Part shown: positions 57,526 to 64,000 of the stretch, in pieces | How the letters are laid out: each line of letters begins with the position of its first letter | Numbering within the stretch: the stretch's first letter is position 1 | NCBI GenBank assembly: GCA_963761305.1 | Contig: CAVXGK010000001.1 | Location: forward strand, 128,001-192,000 | Origin: an uncultured Gemmatimonadaceae bacterium | Lineage (GTDB): Bacteria; Gemmatimonadota; Gemmatimonadetes; Gemmatimonadales; Gemmatimonadaceae | Length of the DNA stretch: 64,000 bases | Direction: 5' to 3' | Notes under the pieces: model-generated | Database searches by the model: none | What the model was told of the DNA's origin: nothing | What the model saw: only the letters and a program-made list of their open reading frames with translations | Translations under genes and position numbers: made by a program

Positions 57526-58368
57526 CTATCGGATCCGCTCACCGAGCCGCGACCAGCGGATGCGCGTGAGCCAAGCCAAGCTGTGTTCGGAGGAGTCGGG
57601 CGCATAACTGTAGTAAATCACAAACGGTCGGCCCTTGATCAGCGAGTCCGCGACCCAGCCCCAGTACCGGCTGTCGAACGAGTTGTCTCGGTTGTCGCCG
57701 AGCGCCAGGTAGTTCCCTTTTGGGACGACCAACGGACCCCAATTGTTTCGCGACGGGTGATATGCCACGCCCGCAGCCGCGGCCGTTTTCACAAGGTAAT
57801 CGCGCTGCCAGCGAAAGTCCTCGGCCGAAGGGTCCATATCCGGCTCGGTGTGTTCCACATAGTGCTCGACGAGCGCCGTGCCGTTGCGAATAAGTGTTCC
57901 ATCTCGCATCTCCACGGTGTCGCCCGGCACACCTTCGAGCCGCTTCACGAAATACTTCGTGGGATCCTCGGGATACTCGAACACGATCACGTCGCCGCGC
58001 TGCGGATCCCGGATACGGGGCAGGCGCTTGTGCGTGAACGGCACCTCGGCGCCGTAGACCAGCTTGTTCACGAGCAGGAAATCGCCGATCTGCAGCGTGT
58101 TCTCCATGCTCCCGCTCGGGATCTTGAACGCTTCGACGAAGAACGTTCTGATCACGACGAACAGCATCACCGATACGAGGAAGATCTTCGCCCACTCGCC
58201 GAGGAAGTCCACGCCGGAGCGCTTGCGGTTCACGTCGCGCAACGCGTCGGACTTCTGCTGCTCGGAAATCGAGCGCGGTGTGGCGGACGCAGCCATTCCA
58301 CCCATCGGATCCCCGGCGGGTTGAGGGTCTGGCTCGTTCTGCGACGACGACTGCTCGTTGACACTCAT
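57526..58368 (-). CDS. lepB: Signal peptidase I
   Basis: TM helix, IPSGSMENTL (Ser), FVKRL (Lys), LGDNRDNSFDSRYWG. Confidence 0.95.
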   Translation of the reverse strand: MSVNEQSSSQNEPDPQPAGDPMGGMAASATPRSISEQQKSDALRDVNRKRSGVDFLGEWAKIFLVSVMLFVVIRTFFVEAFKIPSGSMENTLQIGDFLLVNKLVYGAEVPFTHKRLPRIRDPQRGDVIVFEYPEDPTKYFVKRLEGVPGDTVEMRDGTLIRNGTALVEHYVEHTEPDMDPSAEDFRWQRDYLVKTAAAAGVAYHPSRNNWGPLVVPKGNYLALGDNRDNSFDSRYWGWVADSLIKGRPFVIYYSYAPDSSEHSLAWLTRIRWSRLGERIR

Positions 58369-58448
58369 CCAATGCTCACTGCACTCGCTGCCGGGGTGCG
58401 GGTGTGAGATAACGCCCAACAACGGACTCGGCTAGGGCGCCCGGTCGA

Positions 58449-59948
58449 TCAGTCCGGCGTTCCGAGATAGTTGTCGATCTGCGCACGTTGCAACGCACCC
58501 GAGAAATCCAGATAACCGACCTTTGTTTCCGAGAAGAACTCGTACACTTCCCATCCGCCTTCGCGGTGGCCATTCCCCGTTTGTTTTACGCCGCCGAAGG
58601 GGAGATGTGCCTCGGCCCCGATCGTCGGCGCGTTGATGTACGTGATTCCCGTATCCAGCTCGTTCATCGCGCGCATCGCGACGTTCACGTCTCGCGTGTA
58701 CACGGACGACGACAAGCCGTACCGGACGTCATTGTTGACCGTGAACGCCTCGTCGGGCGTGCGAACGCGAATCACCGAGAGGACCGGTCCAAAAATTTCC
58801 TCTTGCTCGAGACGCATGCCGGCGCGCACTCGGGCGAAGATCGTCGGCTCGAAAAAGTAGCCGTGATCGAGGCCTGATCCGGTCGCGCGGCGACCGCCGC
58901 ACAACAAGTCGGCGCCTTCCTTCTGGCCGATGTCGATGTACCGCTCGACCTTGGCGACCGAATCCTGATTGATGAGCGGACCGATGTCGGTGCCGTTCTT
59001 TCGCCCGTCGCCGAGCTTGAGCTCGCGCGCGCGATGGACGAGCGTGCTCACGAACTCGTCGTGAATTCCGTCCTGCACGATGAGCCGGCTCGTCGCCGTG
59101 CAGCGCTGTCCGGTGGTGCCGAACGCACCCCAGAGCACGCCGTCGAGCGCGAGATCGGTGTCGGCGTCGTCGAGCACGATCATCGCGTTCTTGCCGCCCA
59201 TCTCGAGCGACAACCGCTTGTGCATGCGGCCGCAGACTTCGCCCACGACTCGGCCCGTGTCGGTCGATCCGGTGAACGAGATGACCGGGATCGACGGATG
59301 ATTAACGATCGCCGCGCCCGCCGCTTCGCCCACGCCGTGGACGAGCTGGATGACTTCGGGCGGCAGTCCCGCCTCGAGCAGGACCTCGACGAACACGTGG
59401 CCCGTGTGCGGGACGTCTTCGGCGGGCTTGAAGATGCACGCGTTTCCGCAGACGAGCGCCGGAAACATCTTCCACGTCGGAATGGCGAGCGGAAAGTTGA
59501 ACGGCGTCACGATGCCCGCGATGCCGATCGGACGGCGGAAGCTCATCGCCCATTTGTTCCGCAGTTCGCTGGGCACGGTGCGACCGAACAGGCGGCGTCC
59601 TTCGCTCGCCGCGTAGTACGCGGTGTCGATGCCTTCCTGCACGTCGCCCCGCGTTTCGGCGAGCGGCTTCCCCATCTCGCGGGTCATCAGGTCGGCGATG
59701 TCGTCTTTCCGCGCGGTGAGCAAGTCGCCGACGCGTCGCAGGATGTCGCCGCGGGCCGGCGCGGGCGTGCGGCGCCACAGCTCGAAGCCACGCTGTGCCG
59801 ACGCGACCGCCGCCTCCACGTCCGCGGCGCCCGACATCGGGAAACGCCCGATCGTGTCGCGCGCGTCGGCCGGATTCTGATTCGCGAAATACTCACCGCT
59901 CAACGGCGGCGCCCACTTGCCGCCGATGAAGTTGTCGAACGTTTTCAT
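58449..59948 (-). CDS. Aldehyde dehydrogenase family protein
   Basis: TPFNFP, FKPAE, SFTGST, LEMGGKN, GQRCTA, EEIFGP, YGLSS, PFGGVKQTG. Confidence 0.95.
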   Translation of the reverse strand: MKTFDNFIGGKWAPPLSGEYFANQNPADARDTIGRFPMSGAADVEAAVASAQRGFELWRRTPAPARGDILRRVGDLLTARKDDIADLMTREMGKPLAETRGDVQEGIDTAYYAASEGRRLFGRTVPSELRNKWAMSFRRPIGIAGIVTPFNFPLAIPTWKMFPALVCGNACIFKPAEDVPHTGHVFVEVLLEAGLPPEVIQLVHGVGEAAGAAIVNHPSIPVISFTGSTDTGRVVGEVCGRMHKRLSLEMGGKNAMIVLDDADTDLALDGVLWGAFGTTGQRCTATSRLIVQDGIHDEFVSTLVHRARELKLGDGRKNGTDIGPLINQDSVAKVERYIDIGQKEGADLLCGGRRATGSGLDHGYFFEPTIFARVRAGMRLEQEEIFGPVLSVIRVRTPDEAFTVNNDVRYGLSSSVYTRDVNVAMRAMNELDTGITYINAPTIGAEAHLPFGGVKQTGNGHREGGWEVYEFFSETKVGYLDFSGALQRAQIDNYLGTPD

Positions 59949-60523
59949 GGTTTGGGAGTTGGAGCCGGAGGTTTTGCTGTGCCCGGAGGCGGTGTCGGGC
60001 TCGTTGGTGTGGGCGCAGGGCTCGGCGTCGCCGGAGGTCGCGCCGGCAAAGCGGCACAGGACCAGGCCGCGGGATGTTTGTCGGTCGGATACGCATAGCC
60101 GATGCGGGGCAGAATCTCCAGAGAGCCGAGGAGCACGCCCCATACCGTGATGGCGAGCGAGACGAGATGCGCGCGACTCGCCCGGTGACGCCACGTCCAG
60201 ATCGAAGCCCACACGCCGCCGGCCGTCATCACGCCGACCGCGCCGAGGTAGCCGATGAGCCCCAATCCACAGCGCGACGGATACGGCCAAAAGGCCATTG
60301 CCACGCCGACGGCGAGGGCCAGCGTGAGTCGCGCGAAAACGCCGAACGACGTCGTCTGTCGCGGCTCGGGTGATGCCGCGGGCGCCGCGCCGCGCCCGCT
60401 CCGCGCTGCCGCCTTCACTTGTTTCTCGGGCGCGACCGGCATGAGCGCCTCGTCCGGGAGCGACGACAACTGCTTGTCGATCTTGGCGAGCTCTTTTTCC
60501 CAGTCGCGGTCGGGGGGGGCCAT
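59945..60523 (-). CDS. Hypothetical membrane protein
   Basis: MAPPDRDWEKELAKID, three TM helices, EILPRIGYA; overlaps both neighbouring genes. Confidence 0.7.
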   Translation of the reverse strand: MAPPDRDWEKELAKIDKQLSSLPDEALMPVAPEKQVKAAARSGRGAAPAASPEPRQTTSFGVFARLTLALAVGVAMAFWPYPSRCGLGLIGYLGAVGVMTAGGVWASIWTWRHRASRAHLVSLAITVWGVLLGSLEILPRIGYAYPTDKHPAAWSCAALPARPPATPSPAPTPTSPTPPPGTAKPPAPTPKP

Positions 60524-61899
60524 CAGGTCACGCTCTCCCGAGTGAGGCCGTAGCGCTCGATCTTCTTGTACAAGTTCGAGCGCGGCATGTCGAGCCCGCG
60601 CGCCGTCTCGGACACGTTCCAGTCGTATTCGCGAAGCTTGGCGAGGAGAAACGCCCGCTCGGCCGCGTGCTTGAAGTCCTCGAACGTCTTGCAATCGAGG
60701 AGCGAGCCCAGGCCCGTCTGATCGGTGTCGTGGCCCCCGCCGAGGCGACTGACGTCGTCGGCCGTCACGCGCGGGCCGGCGGAGAGAATGAGCAATCGCT
60801 CGATCGTGTTGCGCAGCTCGCGCACGTTCCCGGGCCAATCGAGCTTCGCCAGCCGCTCGACCGCGTCCGGCGCGACGGTTCGCGCGGCGACGCCCTCGCG
60901 CTTCGTGAGCACGTTCACGAAATGCGCGACGAGCAGCGGAATGTCCTCTCGCCGCTCGCGCAGCGGCGGCACGTGGATCGGAACCACGTTCAAGCGATAG
61001 AACAGATCTTCGCGAAACCGCTGTTCGGCGATTTCGGCTTCGAGATTCTTGTTCGTCGCGGCGAGCACGCGGACGTCGACCTCGACCTGTTTTGCGCCGC
61101 CGATCCGTGTCACGACGCCGTCCTGCAGCACGCGCAGCACCTTCGCCTGCGCGGCGAGACTCATGTCACCGACTTCGTCGAGAAAGAGCGTGCCGCCGTG
61201 CGCCTGCTCGAACTTGCCGGCGCGATCGGCCACCGCGCCGGTGAACGAGCCTTTCATGTGACCGAACAACTCGCTCTCGATCAACTCGCTCGGGATCGCC
61301 GCGCAGTTGACCTCGACGAACGGCTCCCCGGTGCGCGTCGATTGCGAGTGGATCGCCCGCGCGACGAGCTCCTTGCCCGTGCCGTTCTCGCCCGTGATCA
61401 GCACGCGCGCCGGCGTCTTCGCCACGCGGTCGATCTTGTCGATCACCAGGCGAATGCCGTAGGACCGTCCGACAATCTCGTACCGGGATTGAATGGTCTC
61501 GCGGAGCCGCGCGTTCTCCTCGTGGAGATCGAGGTGCTGGAGCGCGTTCCGCAGCGTGACGAGAATGCGGTCCGTGTCGAGCGGCTTCTCGAGGATGTCG
61601 TACGCCCCGAGCTGCGTCGCCTCGACCGCCGTCTGGATCGTCGCGTGTCCGCTGATCATGACCACGATCGCGCTCGGGTCGAGCTCCTTGATCTTCTTGA
61701 GCGCCTCGATGCCGTCGATGCCCGCCATCTTCACATCGAGGAACACAAGATCCGGACGCTGCTTTTGGTATTCGGCAAGCGCGTCGACCGCGTTGCCGAC
61801 AGCGCGGACCTCGTAGCCCTCGAACTCGAGCAACTGTCCCAGCGTCGCGCGAATCCCCTGCTCGTCGTCGACAATCAGGATGCGCCGGGCAATGCTCAT
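60523..61899 (-). CDS. Sigma-54-dependent response regulator (NtrC/NtrX family)
   Basis: Receiver ILIVDDE/LDVKM, GENGTGKE, ESELFGH, GSFTGA, LFLDEVGD, FREDLFYRL, WPGNVREL, Fis-type HTH. Confidence 0.95.
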   Translation of the reverse strand: MSIARRILIVDDEQGIRATLGQLLEFEGYEVRAVGNAVDALAEYQKQRPDLVFLDVKMAGIDGIEALKKIKELDPSAIVVMISGHATIQTAVEATQLGAYDILEKPLDTDRILVTLRNALQHLDLHEENARLRETIQSRYEIVGRSYGIRLVIDKIDRVAKTPARVLITGENGTGKELVARAIHSQSTRTGEPFVEVNCAAIPSELIESELFGHMKGSFTGAVADRAGKFEQAHGGTLFLDEVGDMSLAAQAKVLRVLQDGVVTRIGGAKQVEVDVRVLAATNKNLEAEIAEQRFREDLFYRLNVVPIHVPPLRERREDIPLLVAHFVNVLTKREGVAARTVAPDAVERLAKLDWPGNVRELRNTIERLLILSAGPRVTADDVSRLGGGHDTDQTGLGSLLDCKTFEDFKHAAERAFLLAKLREYDWNVSETARGLDMPRSNLYKKIERYGLTRESVT

Positions 61900-62546
61900 C
61901 GCACCGTCTTGTACAAGGTGATCTTCCCGTTGGCCACTCGAATGTCACCTATGTAGCGGGGAATCGGCAACGGGAGCGAGTTCGGGTCGGTGCCGGCGGG
62001 GGCCGGAACCGGTTCGAACCGGTCGATCAGCGTCGCGATCATGCCCTTCGGGATAGGCAGCCCGTGAATCCGCGCGTCGGACACGGCGAATTCGGCCATC
62101 CCCGGCTTCAACACGTCGAGCGTGCCCGTGAGCTCGACGCGCTCGCGGTCGTGCACGATCCCGACCGCCTCGGTGAACGCGCTGCCGAGGTTCTTGAGCG
62201 GAACGACGGCGCGCATCGACAGCTTGTCACCGGCGACGATCGCCTCGACGCTGTCGGCGGTGGTCGGCAGGCGCTTTGCTACCTGCCGATAGATGTACGA
62301 CGCGACGGCCGCCGGCGACAACGTCTCGAATACCTGGCCGCGCGGATTGCTCAATCGATCGAGCGCGGCCGCCGCCGAGTCGGCGGCGGCGTCAGAGAGC
62401 TGCTGCCAGTGATCCGGCGGCGCGACGACGACCGGCTCGTTCTGATGTCGCAACACGTGCGGAAGCCACATGTCGCGCGTGAACCAGCCGCCCACTGCCA
62501 ACGCGACGAGCACGAACAAACAGCCGAGTCTCGCGATGCATCCCAT
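61896..62546 (-). CDS. Hypothetical membrane-anchored protein
   Basis: MGCIARLGCLFVLVALAVGGWF anchor; coupled to its operon neighbours. Confidence 0.7.
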   Translation of the reverse strand: MGCIARLGCLFVLVALAVGGWFTRDMWLPHVLRHQNEPVVVAPPDHWQQLSDAAADSAAAALDRLSNPRGQVFETLSPAAVASYIYRQVAKRLPTTADSVEAIVAGDKLSMRAVVPLKNLGSAFTEAVGIVHDRERVELTGTLDVLKPGMAEFAVSDARIHGLPIPKGMIATLIDRFEPVPAPAGTDPNSLPLPIPRYIGDIRVANGKITLYKTVR

Positions 62547-62547
62547 G

Positions 62548-63117
62548 TCAGTCGCTCCCCCTCCGAAGCGGTGCCGACGCAATGGTCGTGTACGTGGAAC
62601 CGCCCGGCCCCAGATCGCTGCGCATGAGATCGAGCGATCGCACAACGACGTCGGTGCTGAAGTCGACGCGCCGCGCCGCGCGAGACAGTGCGCGGGCGCG
62701 CTCCTCGGGCAACCGGTCCTTCACGCGGGCGAGCGTGAGATGCGGGCGAAAGGGGCGCCCCTCGACCTCGAAGCCAAGCGTCTCGCACGCAACCTCGACG
62801 TCGTGATGCAACAGCTCGAGCCGCGGATCCTGTTCCACGCCCATCCATACGACGCGGGCCCGCCGAAAGTTCGGGAACGCGCCCATTCCGGCGAGGCGCA
62901 TCGCGATCTCCCGGTGGCCGCCGGCCACCTTCGCCGTCGCCGCGCCGATCGCGTCGGCCGTCTCCGCCGGCTGGTCGTCGAGAAACTTGAGCGTGAGGTG
63001 CAGCCTCGACTCGTCGACCCACGAGATGTCGGGAGCGCTTTCGCGCATCGACGCCGTCGCAGCCACGATGTCGCGACGCACGTCGGGCGGCAGGTTAATC
63101 GCCAGAAACAACCGCAC
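62548..63117 (-). CDS. thpR: RNA 2',3'-cyclic phosphodiesterase (2H family)
   Basis: MRLFLAI, LHLTLKFL, GAFP..RRARVVW, FRPHLTLAR. Confidence 0.93.
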   Translation of the reverse strand: MRLFLAINLPPDVRRDIVAATASMRESAPDISWVDESRLHLTLKFLDDQPAETADAIGAATAKVAGGHREIAMRLAGMGAFPNFRRARVVWMGVEQDPRLELLHHDVEVACETLGFEVEGRPFRPHLTLARVKDRLPEERARALSRAARRVDFSTDVVVRSLDLMRSDLGPGGSTYTTIASAPLRRGSD

Positions 63118-63961
63118 TCGCCACGTCCCCCGCCCCGCTCGTGTTGCGCGCGACGGAGACCAGTTCGTTCAGTGAGCCCGAGCGGAATCCCCGCGGATCG
63201 ACCTCGACGCGCTCGTACCCGGCCTCGGCGAGCGCACGCTCGAGCACCGCGCGCCGTTCGCCTTCGCTCCACCGCGCCAATTCGGCCGGAGCGAGCTCGA
63301 CGCGCGCCAGATCGCCCAAGTGGCGCACTCGGAGGTCTCCCGTGATGCCGAGCTCGCGCAGCGCCGACTCGGCGCGCTCGACGCGCTTCAGTCGTCCGAC
63401 CGTGACGGGCGTTCCGTATGGGATTCGCGACGAAAGGCACGGCGACGACGGCTGGTCCGAGGTCGGCAAGCCGAGCGCTCGCGAACGGTCGCGAATCTCG
63501 GCTTTCGTGAAGCCGAACATCGCCAGCGGCGACACGACCCCTCGCTCGCGCGCCGCCTGCGCGCCGGGACGATGGCCGTGGAGATCGTCGGCGTTGGTTC
63601 CGTCGGCGACGATGTCGATTCCTCGCCCACGCGCGGCGGGAACGACGAGCGACCACAACTCCGTCTTGCAGAAATAGCAGCGGTTGGTTGGATTCGCGGC
63701 GTAGTTCAGGTCGTCGAGCTCCGCCGTGTCGATCTCCAGAACATCGAGTCCGATCACACGCGCCGTTTCGCGCGCCGCGATCCACTGGCTCTCCGGATAC
63801 GACGCGCTGCGCCCTGTGACGGCCAGCACGTTGGCCGCGCCAAGCGTGTCGACGGCGACCGCTGCGAGGTACGCCGAGTCGACGCCGCCACTGTAGCCGA
63901 TCGCGATCCGCGCGCCGTCGCACAGCCAATCGCGAAGCTGGGCCTCTTTGTCGGTCGCCAT
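63095..63961 (-). CDS. larE: ATP-dependent sacrificial sulfur transferase LarE family
   Basis: YSGGVDS PP-loop, NRCYFCK, DGTNADD..HRPG, PCLSSRIPYG, RVRH, GFRSGSLN. Confidence 0.92.
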   Translation of the reverse strand: MATDKEAQLRDWLCDGARIAIGYSGGVDSAYLAAVAVDTLGAANVLAVTGRSASYPESQWIAARETARVIGLDVLEIDTAELDDLNYAANPTNRCYFCKTELWSLVVPAARGRGIDIVADGTNADDLHGHRPGAQAARERGVVSPLAMFGFTKAEIRDRSRALGLPTSDQPSSPCLSSRIPYGTPVTVGRLKRVERAESALRELGITGDLRVRHLGDLARVELAPAELARWSEGERRAVLERALAEAGYERVEVDPRGFRSGSLNELVSVARNTSGAGDVASAVVSGD

Positions 63962-63975
63962 GCGGGAAACCTAAG

Positions 63976-64000
63976 GCGGACCGGTGGACCGGTGGACCGG
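63976..64000. repeat. 8-bp tandem repeat (GTGGACCG)n, truncated by the window end
   Basis: GCGGACCG GTGGACCG GTGGACCG; same unit as at 27403 and 39590. Confidence 0.85.

Noticed and set aside
62548..63117. Anti-CBASS (Acb1-like) 2H phosphoesterase
   Set aside because: Matches ordinary chromosomal ThpR/LigT, with no phage context.

Overview
High-GC (roughly 70% by eye) bacterial chromosomal window of mostly housekeeping genes. Gene content and order suggest Gemmatimonadota/FCB, which is an inference: ispE-tRNA-Gln-prs-rplY-pth-ychF, rpsF-rpsR-DUF2232-rplI-rsfS, smc, aroF-lolA, rpmE-prfA-prmC-tmk, pxpBCA, rimO-hemL-spoIID, a short RpoD-like sigma factor, lepB, larE-thpR. I can support about 60 CDS and one tRNA-Gln(UUG); I saw no CRISPR array, integrase or transposase. 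Main findings: (1) a hairpin in the rplY (bL25/Ctc) leader that reproduces the 5S rRNA loop E motif bound by L25, a candidate autoregulatory RNA mimic; (2) a protein with three tandem Hpt-like bundles, each with Arg at the phospho-His position; (3) a JAB/RadC-DinG helicase fusion with a C9 tract directly after its ATG; (4) TANNNT-N6/7-ATG leaderless signatures at five starts, one of them a 19-codon uORF coupled to rimO; (5) a sigma54 promoter in a small accessory insert; (6) dispersed 7/8/16-bp tandem palindromic repeats in intergenic spaces; (7) a DUF4159-DUF4175-TPR-GATase-like envelope operon and a peptidase-propeller-Omp85 fusion. Five frameshifts between 12.4 and 18.2 kb are most likely sequencing or assembly errors. 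Family assignments come from motif recognition, not database searches.
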